A DNA stretch of 64,000 bases from Thermoanaerobaculia bacterium (GTDB lineage: Bacteria > Acidobacteriota > Thermoanaerobaculia > UBA5066 > Gp7-AA6). Each line of letters opens with the position of its first letter. Position 1 is the first letter of the stretch. The position numbers and the translations under genes were made by a program. Shown piece by piece: positions 1 to 10,434 of the stretch. The stretch covers positions 13,356 to 77,355 of the forward strand of contig DATJPZ010000049.1 of NCBI GenBank assembly GCA_035506175.1. Direction: 5' to 3'. The notes beneath the pieces were generated by a model. That model worked only from the letters and a program-made list of their open reading frames with translations, was not told where the DNA came from and searched no databases.

Positions 1-1
1 G

Positions 2-556
2 CAGGAGCTCTACGACGTCGCGCCGGATCTGACGACGCTCGGCAAGATACTCGGCGGCGGGCTGCCCGTGGGGGCTTACGGCGGTCGGCGGGACCTCATG
101 GAGAGGATGGCGCCGGTCGGGCCCGTCTATCAGGCCGGCACGCTCTCGGGCAATCCGCTCGCGATGGCGGCCGGCATCGCGATGCTCGACGAGATCGCGC
201 GCCGGCCTCCGTACGCGGATCTGGAGAAGAAAGGCGCGCTCCTCGAGGGCCTCCTGCGCGCGGAGATCGGCAAGCGCGGGCTCGAGGGCCGGCTCTGCCT
301 GACACGACTCGGCTCGCTGCTGACGCTCTTCTTCACGGCCGGCCCCGTGAACGATTTCGCCGACGCGAAGCGCTCCGACACCGCGTCCTACGCGAAGTTC
401 TTTCACGCGATGCGGGAGCGGGGGATCTTTCTCGCGCCGGCGCAGTTCGAAGCCTGGTTCGTGTCCACGGCGCACGCGGAAGGCGACCTGCGCCGCGCGG
501 CCCGCATGGCCGGCGAGAGCCTGGACGTCGCCTTCGCTGACGGCGCGAATCATTAG
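2..556 (+). CDS. hemL: Glutamate-1-semialdehyde 2,1-aminomutase, C-terminal part (5' truncated by window edge)
   Basis: Frame from pos 2 reads QELYDVAPDLTTLGKILGGGLPVGAYGG, then the ORF 68..556 shows the typical HemL C-terminus (SGNPLAMAAG, FFTAGPV). Confidence 0.85.
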   Translation, partial: QELYDVAPDLTTLGKILGGGLPVGAYGGRRDLMERMAPVGPVYQAGTLSGNPLAMAAGIAMLDEIARRPPYADLEKKGALLEGLLRAEIGKRGLEGRLCLTRLGSLLTLFFTAGPVNDFADAKRSDTASYAKFFHAMRERGIFLAPAQFEAWFVSTAHAEGDLRRAARMAGESLDVAFADGANH

Positions 557-595
557 GCGGGACAGGGGTTCTCTGGTAGCCTCGCCGGCGCCTTC

Positions 596-1900
596 ATGAG
601 CCGAGAAGCCGTTCCCTCCACGGCGCACGCCAGCGCGCCGGCCCGGCATCCGCGCGGGCTCTACGTCCTCTTCGCGACCGAGATGTGGGAGCGCTTCAGC
701 TTCTACACGATGCTGGCGCTCTTCACGCTCTACCTGCAGGACAAGGCGGAGGGGTTCGGCTGGACCGCGGCCCAGGCCACGACCCTGCGCGCGAACTATC
801 TCGGCGCGGTCTTCTTCAGCCCCATCATCGGCGGCTGGCTCGCGGACCGGTTCCTCGGGTATCGCCGCGCCGTGATGATCGGCGGGTTCTTCTTCATCGC
901 GGGGCACGTGCTCCTCGCGTTTCCGTCGATCGGGGTCGTGTACGCGGCGCTCCTCTGCCTCGTGATCGGCAACGGCCTGTTCAAGCCGAACGTCTCGACG
1001 ATCGTCGGCAACCTCTACCCGAAGGGGAGCCACCTCCGCGACCGCGGCTACAACATCTTCTACATGGGGATCAATCTCGGCGCGACGGTCGGGCCGATCG
1101 TCGTCGAGTTCGTTCACCGCTACTACGGGTTCCACCCGTCCTTCGCGGTCGCGGCGGTCGGCATGGCGATCTCGGTCCTGACCGTGATCGTCTTCCGCAA
1201 GGACATCGAGCCGGGCGACCGCCGGAAGGGCCACGAGGACGTCGAAGACGCGAGCCCGCCGACGGCGATCGACGCGGTGCCGGCCGGCCGGCGGATCGGG
1301 GCCCTGGTCGTGATCTACCTGATCTCGGTGGTGTTCTGGATGCTCTTCTTCCAGAACGGCTCGACGCTGACGTACTTCGCCAACGACAACACGGACTGGA
1401 ACTTCTCGGGGATCATCTCGAACGCCATCGAGCCCTTCTTCGTCATCGCCTTCTCGCTGCCGCTCGTGTGGCTCTGGAAGAAGCTCGACGAGATCGGGAA
1501 GGAACCCTCGACGACCAGCAAGATCGCGATCGGCATGTTCCTCATGGCGTTCGCCTATTTCGTCATGTACTTCGCCGGGAAGGCCGGCGGCGACACGGGC
1601 AAGGTCTCGCCATGGTGGCTCGTGAGCTGCTACGCGCTGATGGGGCTCGCCGAGATCACCCTCTCGCCGATGGCGCTTTCGCTGGTCTCGAAGGTCGCGC
1701 CGGCGCGGGTGCGGGGACTCATGATGGGCCTGTGGTTCGTCGCCACGGGCCTCGGCGGCAAGCTCACGCAGATCGGCGTCTACTGGACCGAATGGAAGCA
1801 CTCGACCTTCTTCGCGGTGCTCGGCGGGATGTCGCTCGCGACGGCGTTGCTCCTCGTCGCCGTGCTGAAGCCGCTCAAGCGCGCGATGCCCGGCGTCTGA
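596..1900 (+). CDS. POT/PTR2 family proton-dependent oligopeptide transporter
   Basis: 434 aa multi-TM protein with the PTR2 signature ERFSFYTM...LYLQD and GGWLADRFLG. Confidence 0.8.
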   Translation: MSREAVPSTAHASAPARHPRGLYVLFATEMWERFSFYTMLALFTLYLQDKAEGFGWTAAQATTLRANYLGAVFFSPIIGGWLADRFLGYRRAVMIGGFFFIAGHVLLAFPSIGVVYAALLCLVIGNGLFKPNVSTIVGNLYPKGSHLRDRGYNIFYMGINLGATVGPIVVEFVHRYYGFHPSFAVAAVGMAISVLTVIVFRKDIEPGDRRKGHEDVEDASPPTAIDAVPAGRRIGALVVIYLISVVFWMLFFQNGSTLTYFANDNTDWNFSGIISNAIEPFFVIAFSLPLVWLWKKLDEIGKEPSTTSKIAIGMFLMAFAYFVMYFAGKAGGDTGKVSPWWLVSCYALMGLAEITLSPMALSLVSKVAPARVRGLMMGLWFVATGLGGKLTQIGVYWTEWKHSTFFAVLGGMSLATALLLVAVLKPLKRAMPGV

Positions 1901-1908
1901 CGCCGACC

Positions 1909-2793
1909 GTGCGCCTCGGCCGGCGAGTCCGGGCCGCGCTCCTGGCGGGGGCGGCGCTCGCCGCGTGCGCCCGGGCGTCTTCCGGCGCCGATCCCCTCGC
2001 GGCGCTGAAGGCGGCGCTCGAGAGGGGCGACCTCCCCGCGGCGGTGCGCGCCGGCGAGGCCGCGGTGGCGGCGGATCCGCAGAGCTCGGAGGCCAACGAC
2101 CTGCTCGGGCGGGCCTACGGCCTGACGGCCCGGGACGCGCGGCTGCTCGAGCAGATGCATCTGGCCCGGAAGGCCCGCGTCTGTTTCGCGCGCGCGGTCG
2201 AGCTCGACCCGCGCAACGTCGCGGCGCTTTCCGACCTCGCCCGGTACGACATGCGCGCGCCGGGGATTCTGGGCGGCGGCAGGAAGAAGGCGCGGGAAGC
2301 GATCGCCCGGGTCGCCGCCCTCGACCCGGTGCGGGGGCACGTTCTGGCGGGGGAGCTCGCGGAGGCGGAGAAGGAACCCGCGCGGGCCGAAGCCGAGTAC
2401 CGGGCGGCGGTCGCGGCGGACCCGGCGTCCTCCCGGGGGCGCGTCGCGCTCTCCGCGTTCTTCGTGACGCGCCAGGATTACGGGCAGGCGCGGCGCGTCT
2501 GGAGCGAGGCGGGCGAGCCGCAGGCGTCGAGCACGCTCGCGGCCTACGAGCTCGGGGGCATCGCCCTCGCGTCGGGGCAGTGGCTTCCCGAAGCCGCGGA
2601 ACGGCTCGAGGGCGCGCTCGGCCATCCCGATCCGACCGAGGACCCGTCACCGGCCGTCTGCCACGAGCGTCTCGCCGCGATCTACGAGAAGCTCGGCAAG
2701 AAACGGGAGGCCGCCGTGCAGCTCGAGGCGGCCCTGCACCTGGAGCCGGCCCGCGCGGACTGGCGCGAGCGGCTCGACCGGCTGGAGAAGTGA
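1909..2793 (+). CDS. TPR-repeat protein, probable lipoprotein/secreted
   Basis: GTG start just after the transporter stop; N-terminus VRLGRRVRAALLAGAALAACA (signal with Cys); TPR-like repeats; this is the real C-terminal part of track ORF 685..2793. Confidence 0.55.
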   Translation: MRLGRRVRAALLAGAALAACARASSGADPLAALKAALERGDLPAAVRAGEAAVAADPQSSEANDLLGRAYGLTARDARLLEQMHLARKARVCFARAVELDPRNVAALSDLARYDMRAPGILGGGRKKAREAIARVAALDPVRGHVLAGELAEAEKEPARAEAEYRAAVAADPASSRGRVALSAFFVTRQDYGQARRVWSEAGEPQASSTLAAYELGGIALASGQWLPEAAERLEGALGHPDPTEDPSPAVCHERLAAIYEKLGKKREAAVQLEAALHLEPARADWRERLDRLEK

Positions 2794-2800
2794 GCGGGCG

Positions 2801-3964
2801 ATGAGCGGCGCCGCGGTTTCGACGCCGCGGACCGACGAGACCGGCGCGGCGCCGATCCCGGAGCTCGACGGCGTGCGCGGGGTCGCCATCCTGCTCGTGC
2901 TCCTGTTCCACTTCCAGGGCGCCCGGCCTCCCGGTTTTCCGAAGCTGCTGACGTACCCGATGATCCTCGGCTGGTCGGGCGTCGACCTGTTCTTCGTCCT
3001 CTCCGGGTTCCTGATCACGCGGATCCTGATCTCCACGCGCCGCGCCGCCAACTACTTCTCGGCGTTCTACGCGCGCCGGGTGCTCCGGATCTTTCCGCTC
3101 TACTTCGTCGCGGTATTCCTCTTCTTTCGCGTGGCCCTGCCGCTCGCGGCGCGCTGCGGCTGGGACCTTCAGACCGACCCGGGGCTCGAGCCCTGGTTCT
3201 GGTTCCACTTGTCCAACGGCCCGTCTTCCTTTGGACGCGACGCGCGGCCGCTGTCGCACTTCTGGTCGCTCTCGATCGAGGAGCAGTTCTACCTGGTGTG
3301 GCCGGCCGTCGTGCGCGCGGTGTCGCCCCGGTGGCTGGGCGCGGTGTGCGCCGGGGCAGCGGCGCTCGCCGGCGGGCTGCGGGTGGCCGCGGCGGCGCGA
3401 GGCGTGACCCCGGAGGCCCTCCACCGGCTGACGTTCTTCCGCATGGACGCGCTGGCGCTCGGCGGGCTCGTCGCGTGGATCGCGGTGGATCCCGTTCGGC
3501 GGGCCCTGTTGCGGCGCCGGCTCCCGACGGCCTGGACCGCGAGCGGCCTGATCCTCGCCGGCCTGTGCGTCGTCGGGCGCGGCGCCGTCTCTCCCGTGAT
3601 GACGCGCTTCGGCTACACGGCCTTCGCCCTCTTCTATGCCGGGCTCGTCTTTGCCGCGTTCGACCGCGCGGGTTCGCCGGGGGTTCTTTCGCGGACGCTG
3701 CGGTGGCCGTGGCTGCGCGCCTTCGGCAAGTACAGCTACGCGATGTACGTCTTTCACTATCCCGTGGCGCTGGTCGTGGATCGACTCGCTCCGGGCGCGG
3801 GCCTCTCCGGCCTCGCGCGGACCGTCGCCTGGCTCGCTTCGGTGATCGGCGGCATCGCCGTGTCGTTCCTCTTCGCGCTCGTCTCCTGGAACGTTCTCGA
3901 AAAGCGATTCCTCGTCTTCAAGGGCCGGTTCGTGGCACGGCCGGTTCCGGCGGCCGCGCGGTGA
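2801..3964 (+). CDS. Acyltransferase family 3 (OafA/YrhL-like) membrane protein
   Basis: 387 aa; motifs VRGVAILLVLLFH, DLFFVLSGFLIT, LYFVAVFLFF. Confidence 0.8.
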   Translation: MSGAAVSTPRTDETGAAPIPELDGVRGVAILLVLLFHFQGARPPGFPKLLTYPMILGWSGVDLFFVLSGFLITRILISTRRAANYFSAFYARRVLRIFPLYFVAVFLFFRVALPLAARCGWDLQTDPGLEPWFWFHLSNGPSSFGRDARPLSHFWSLSIEEQFYLVWPAVVRAVSPRWLGAVCAGAAALAGGLRVAAAARGVTPEALHRLTFFRMDALALGGLVAWIAVDPVRRALLRRRLPTAWTASGLILAGLCVVGRGAVSPVMTRFGYTAFALFYAGLVFAAFDRAGSPGVLSRTLRWPWLRAFGKYSYAMYVFHYPVALVVDRLAPGAGLSGLARTVAWLASVIGGIAVSFLFALVSWNVLEKRFLVFKGRFVARPVPAAAR

Positions 3965-5445
3965 CCGGGCTCGCCGAGGCGCCCAACCGCGTCGAGCGCG
4001 CGGCCACCGCGGCGGCCATCGTTCTCGGCCTCGCCGTCGTCGCGCGGCTCTGGGCGATGCCCCTGCCGTCGAGTCTCTGGCTGGACGAGTTCGGCACCGT
4101 CTGGGTCACGGACGCCGGCCTCGGCCAGATTCTCGAGCGCTCGCGCCTCTTTCCCCAGTCGATCCCATACGCCGCCGTCGTCGCCGGGACTCGCGCCGTG
4201 CTCGGGTCGAGCGAAGCGGCGCTCCGCCTCCCCTCGCTTCTGGCGATGCTCGTTGCCGTCCGGGTCCTGTTCCGGATGGTTCGGGACTCCCTCGGCAGGA
4301 GCGCCGGCCTTCTGGCCGCCGGAACCTGGCTTCTGTTTCCCCAGGTCGAGTTCGCGGCCGGCGACGCTCGCCCGTACGCCTTCGCGGTTCTTTTCGCGGC
4401 CCTTGCCTCGTGGTCGCTCTGGCGCTGGCAGGAGCGCGGCCGGTTCGGCGACGCCGCGGCGTACGCGGCGTGCGCGGCCGCGACGGTCTACTTCCAGTAC
4501 CTCTTCGCGACGCTGCTCGCGGCGCATGGCCTGTACGTTCTCTGGCGGCGGCGGCGCGGATCGCCGGTTTCGTGGCGGCCGATCGCGGCCACCGGATCGG
4601 CCCTCGTCGTCTTGCTCCTGCCGGCTGCCCGGCTCGTGGTCGAGATCGGCGGGAATCGAGCGCGGCACGCCTTCGGCACGCCCCCGGGCGCCGGCGAGCT
4701 CTTCCAGGCGCTCGTCCCGACGCGCGTGCTCGGCCTGCTCGCGCCGGCGCTGCTCGTCGTTTTCGCCACCCGGCTCGCCCGGGGCTGGCGCGTTCAGCGG
4801 CCGGCGGCGTCCGGGCTCGATGCGATCGTCCTGTTCGTCCTGTCGGCGGCCATCCCCCCGCTCGTTCTCTTCGGCATCGCCCGGGTCGCCGCGACGCCGG
4901 TCTTCGACGGCCGCTATCTGATCGTCACGGCTCCCGCGTGGGCCGCGCTCTTCGGCTGGCTTCTCGATGCGGTGGAGCCGCCGGCGGGGCGCGCCGCCAC
5001 GATCGCCGTTGCTCTCGCGTTGGCACTCGTGTTGCGGGGCGACTTCGGGCGCCGCGGGATCGTCCACGGGCGGGAGGACTGGCGTGGCGCGGTGGCGGCC
5101 CTGGACGCTGCCGCCGGGCCGACGCCCGTCTTTCTTTCAGGGACCTTCGCCGAGTCGAAGGATCCCGGGCTGCTCTCCGACCCCCGCCATCGGGATTACC
5201 TGGCGGCTCCGCTCGAGTACTACCGTCCGCTCGGCCCGGTGCAATTGCTGCCGCTGCGGGCGGTAGAGGGGGCGGAGGCATACGCGCCGGGGCCGACGAC
5301 CGCTCGGTTCGCCGTCGTCGAGAGGTCCTCGCGCTACCCGTCGTGGACGCCTTGGCTGGAGAACCGGGGCTGGACGGCCCGCGAGGTGTTCCGGAGCCCG
5401 GCGCTCTCGGTCCGCGTGTTCGAGCGCCGGAACGCCGGCGGCTGA
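3961..5445 (+). CDS. GT-C fold glycosyltransferase, family 39/ArnT-PMT-like
   Basis: GTG start overlapping the upstream stop (GTGA); multi-TM N-terminus with a DE motif in the first loop (LWLDEFGTVWVTD); large C-terminal soluble domain. Confidence 0.6.
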   Translation: MTGLAEAPNRVERAATAAAIVLGLAVVARLWAMPLPSSLWLDEFGTVWVTDAGLGQILERSRLFPQSIPYAAVVAGTRAVLGSSEAALRLPSLLAMLVAVRVLFRMVRDSLGRSAGLLAAGTWLLFPQVEFAAGDARPYAFAVLFAALASWSLWRWQERGRFGDAAAYAACAAATVYFQYLFATLLAAHGLYVLWRRRRGSPVSWRPIAATGSALVVLLLPAARLVVEIGGNRARHAFGTPPGAGELFQALVPTRVLGLLAPALLVVFATRLARGWRVQRPAASGLDAIVLFVLSAAIPPLVLFGIARVAATPVFDGRYLIVTAPAWAALFGWLLDAVEPPAGRAATIAVALALALVLRGDFGRRGIVHGREDWRGAVAALDAAAGPTPVFLSGTFAESKDPGLLSDPRHRDYLAAPLEYYRPLGPVQLLPLRAVEGAEAYAPGPTTARFAVVERSSRYPSWTPWLENRGWTAREVFRSPALSVRVFERRNAGG

Positions 5446-5451
5446 GGCCCT

Positions 5452-5688
5452 TCAGCCGATCGAGCGGCCGAGCGCCGCTTCGCTCGCGCTGGCGCTCACG
5501 ACGGCGCAGGAGTCGATCGGCTCGACGAGCATGCCCGCCGACTCGATCTCGGAGCCCTCGACGTGAACGCAGCGGCGCTGGCGGATGTCGAGCGCGCCGC
5601 GGCGCCGACAGATGGGGCAGCGGACGATCGGTCGCGCCTGAGACACCATCGCTCCCAGGGGCAGCTTCGTGAAATCCTCGGTCAGCAT
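5452..5688 (-). CDS. Hypothetical small protein with CxxC...CxH motif (possible zinc ribbon)
   Basis: 78-aa ORF downstream of purA on the same strand; GGAGAGGAG SD-like sequence 9 nt upstream of ATG; no recognisable family. Confidence 0.3.
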   Translation of the reverse strand: MLTEDFTKLPLGAMVSQARPIVRCPICRRRGALDIRQRRCVHVEGSEIESAGMLVEPIDSCAVVSASASEAALGRSIG

Positions 5689-5770
5689 CGAAGGGACTCC
5701 TCTCCGGGCACGTGTCGGCGCCTCCGCCGAACCCCTTCTTCAAGAATCGGACCAGCGGGGTGAGGGAGCG

Positions 5771-7087
5771 CTAGCGGGAAAGGGGTTCCGGGAGCGCGGC
5801 GGCGAGCGGTTGATCCGGCCGGAGGATCGTTTCTTCGCGCCGCGGGCCGGTCGAGACGAGGACGGCCGGCGCGCCGACCGCCTGCTCGAGGCGCGCGACG
5901 TAGGCACGAGCCTCCCTGGGCAGGTCCTCGTACCGTGTCACGCCGGTCGTGGTCGTGCGCCAGCCGGGGAGTCGCTCGTAGACGGGCTCGAGACGCGCGA
6001 CGTCCTCCGCGATCGGCGGCAGGTCGGAAAGCGGCTTGCCGTCGAGGCGGTAGCCGACGGCGATCGGGATTTCCGCGAGGTCGTCGAGGCAGTCGAGCTT
6101 CGTGAGGGCGATGGCGGCCGCGCCCGAAAGCTCGACGGCCGTGCGCACCACCACGGCGTCGAACCAGCCGGTGCGGCGCGGGCGGCCGGTGGAGGTCCCG
6201 AACTCGTTGCCGCGCCTGCGCAGGAACTCGCCGGTCGCGTCGTGCAGCTCCGTCGGAAACGGACCCGAGCCGACGCGCGTGGTGTAAGCCTTCACGACCA
6301 GAACGCTCGCGTCGAGGGCGCGCGGCGCGATGGCCAGCCCCGAAGCGACCGCGGCCGAGGTGCAGGCCGAGGACGTGACGAACGGGTAGGTGCCCGCCGA
6401 CAGGTCCAGCATGGCGCCGTGCGCGCCCTCGGCGAGCAGCGTGTCGCCGGCCGCGAGACGATCGCGGAGATACCGGCCCGTGTCGGCCACGTGGGGCTCG
6501 ATCCGCGCGGCGACGGAGCGCAGGGCCGCGACGACCGTCTCCGGGGCCGGCACGTCGCGTTCGCCGAGGGCGGTCAGGAGCGCTCCGGTTTCCGCGTGGG
6601 CGGCCGCCACGCGGACGGCGAGGACGTCGGGGCGGTAGAGCTCGGCGACGCGGACGGCCCGGCGCGCGGCCAGAGCTTCGTAAGCGGGACCGATGCCCCG
6701 AAGCGTCGTCCCGAGCTTCGCGCTGCCCGCCACGCGCTCGCGCGCGGCGTCGAGCAGTCGGTGGTAGGGGAGGATCACGGGCGCGCGGTCCGAGAGCCTC
6801 AGGTTGTCCCCGATGGCGACCCCGGCCGCCCGCACCTGCTCGATCTCGGCGAGAAGGGCCTGCAGGTCGACGACGACGCCGGGACCGATGACCGAGGCCC
6901 GCCCGCGGATGATTCCCGCGGGCAGCAGGTGCAGAGCGAAGTGCTGCGTCCCGAATTTGACCGTGTGCCCGGCGTTGTGGCCGCCGTGATAGCGGGCGAC
7001 GACGTCGAAACGATCGGCGAGCAGGTCCACGACCTTGCCCTTGCCCTCGTCGCCCCACTGTCCGCCCAGGACCGCGAGAACCTTCAC
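5771..7087 (-). CDS. purA: Adenylosuccinate synthetase
   Basis: QWGDEGKGKVVD P-loop, GGHNAGHTV, GTTLRGIGPAYE, TTRVGSGPFPTE. Confidence 0.95.
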   Translation of the reverse strand: MKVLAVLGGQWGDEGKGKVVDLLADRFDVVARYHGGHNAGHTVKFGTQHFALHLLPAGIIRGRASVIGPGVVVDLQALLAEIEQVRAAGVAIGDNLRLSDRAPVILPYHRLLDAARERVAGSAKLGTTLRGIGPAYEALAARRAVRVAELYRPDVLAVRVAAAHAETGALLTALGERDVPAPETVVAALRSVAARIEPHVADTGRYLRDRLAAGDTLLAEGAHGAMLDLSAGTYPFVTSSACTSAAVASGLAIAPRALDASVLVVKAYTTRVGSGPFPTELHDATGEFLRRRGNEFGTSTGRPRRTGWFDAVVVRTAVELSGAAAIALTKLDCLDDLAEIPIAVGYRLDGKPLSDLPPIAEDVARLEPVYERLPGWRTTTTGVTRYEDLPREARAYVARLEQAVGAPAVLVSTGPRREETILRPDQPLAAALPEPLSR

Positions 7088-7160
7088 CGTCGCCCCTCCG
7101 GCTGCCGAAAAACAGCGCAGCCTAGCACACGGCCGCCGGCGCGGCCTGCGGGGCGGGGCT

Positions 7161-7166
7161 TAGAAT
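7161..7166 (+). promoter_or_regulatory. Putative -10 hexamer TAGAAT 9 nt upstream of the hutH ATG (leaderless or very short leader)
   Basis: Sequence gcTTAGAATgccgggcgcATG; the same GTAGAAT motif recurs at five other gene 5' ends. Confidence 0.35.
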
Positions 7167-7175
7167 GCCGGGCGC

Positions 7176-8696
7176 ATGAAGCGGCTGCGCCTGAGCGGGT
7201 CGGACCTCACGCTGGCGGATCTCGTCGCGGTATCCCGGCGCGAGGCCCGTGCGAGCCTCTCGCCCGCCGCGAGGCGCGCGATGGCCGCCTCCCGGCGCGT
7301 GGTGGACCAGGCGGTGCGCGGCGGCGCGAAAGTGTACGGCGTGACGACCGGCTTTGGAAAGTTCGCCGACGTCGCCATCCCGCGGGGCGAGCTCGAGACC
7401 CTGCAGAAGAACCTCGTCCGGAGCCATGCGGCGGGTGTCGGCGACCCGCTCGGCGAGCCGGCGGTTCGCGCGATGATGCTGCTGCGGGCGAACGCGCTGG
7501 CGCGGGGCAACTCCGGCATCCGCGTGACGACGGTCGAGACCCTGCTCGCCATGCTCGCCGCCGACATCCTGCCCGTCGTGCCGGCGCAGGGCTCGGTCGG
7601 CGCCTCGGGGGACCTCGCGCCGCTCTCGCACCTGGCGCTCGGGCTCCTCGGCGAAGGCCGGGTGCGCGTCGGCACACGGGAAACGTCCGCCGCGCAGGCG
7701 CTGCGGCGCGCCGGCATCCGGCCCGTCGCGCTGGCGGCGAAGGAAGGACTCGCGCTGATCAACGGCGTGCAGATGTCGGTCGCGGTCGGCGGCCTCGCGC
7801 TCGCGCGGGCGCTCGAGCTCTCCCGCGTGGCCGACGTGCTCGGCGCCGCCTCGCTCGACGCGTCGCGGGGCTCGGACACGGCGTTCGACCCTCGGATCGT
7901 CGCGGCCCGACCCCATCCGGGCGCCGCGGCCAGCGCCCGGAACCTGCGCTCCCTCCTGCGCGGCAGCGCGATCCGCGAGTCGCACCGGGGCTGCGGCCGC
8001 GTTCAGGACAATTACGCGCTGCGCTGCATGCCTCAGGTGCACGGGGCCGCCCGCGACGCCTTCGACCACGCGCGCGGCGTCCTCGAGCTCGAGATGAACA
8101 GCGCGACGGACAACCCGCTGGTCTTCGCCGGCCGCCGCGGCGACATTCTGTCGGGCGGCAACTTCCACGGGGCGCCCGTCGGCCTCGTCCTCGATTACGC
8201 GGCCATCGCGGCCACGGACCTCGCGTCGATCTCGGAGCGCCGGATCGAGAAGCTCGTGAACCCGGCGCTGTCGGAGCTGCCGGCCTTCCTGGTCCGGGAG
8301 GGCGGCCTCCACTCGGGCCTCATGATGGCGCAGGTCACCGCGGCCGCGCTCGTCTCGGAGTGCAAGGTCCTGGCACATCCCGCGTCGGCGGATTCGATCC
8401 CGACCTCGGCGGCGAAGGAGGACCACGTGTCGATGTCGCCGATCGCGGCGCGCAAGCTCGCGGCGATCGTGGCGAACCTCGAACGCGTCCTGGCGATCGA
8501 GGCGATCGCGGCGTTTCAGGCCATGGAGTTCCTGCGGCCGCTGACCTCGTCGGTGCCGCTCGAGGCGGTCCGGCGCGCGTTCCGCCGGGCGGTTCGCCCC
8601 TGGAACCGGGACCGGGAGATGCATCGCGACATCGAGGCGGCGCGCCGGTTCCTCGGCGGCGACGCGATGAGCCGGGCCATCGCGAGGCTCGCCTGA
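7176..8696 (+). CDS. hutH: Histidine ammonia-lyase
   Basis: GSVGASGDL (Ala-Ser-Gly MIO-forming triad), GVTTGFGKFA, NPLVF. Confidence 0.93.
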   Translation: MKRLRLSGSDLTLADLVAVSRREARASLSPAARRAMAASRRVVDQAVRGGAKVYGVTTGFGKFADVAIPRGELETLQKNLVRSHAAGVGDPLGEPAVRAMMLLRANALARGNSGIRVTTVETLLAMLAADILPVVPAQGSVGASGDLAPLSHLALGLLGEGRVRVGTRETSAAQALRRAGIRPVALAAKEGLALINGVQMSVAVGGLALARALELSRVADVLGAASLDASRGSDTAFDPRIVAARPHPGAAASARNLRSLLRGSAIRESHRGCGRVQDNYALRCMPQVHGAARDAFDHARGVLELEMNSATDNPLVFAGRRGDILSGGNFHGAPVGLVLDYAAIAATDLASISERRIEKLVNPALSELPAFLVREGGLHSGLMMAQVTAAALVSECKVLAHPASADSIPTSAAKEDHVSMSPIAARKLAAIVANLERVLAIEAIAAFQAMEFLRPLTSSVPLEAVRRAFRRAVRPWNRDREMHRDIEAARRFLGGDAMSRAIARLA

Positions 8697-8735
8697 CGCC
8701 CGGCGCCGGACGAGCCCGCGTCCTATAATCGCCCC

Positions 8736-10406
<1,671 letters not shown>

Positions 10407-10434
10407 CCGCCGCCAACCGGCGCATGGCCTGACG

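Noticed and set aside
685-2793. 702-aa ORF overlapping the POT transporter in another frame
   Set aside because: Only the part after 1909 (the TPR lipoprotein) is plausible. The upstream 1.2 kb is an Arg/Gly-rich out-of-frame reading of the transporter gene, typical of 70% GC DNA.
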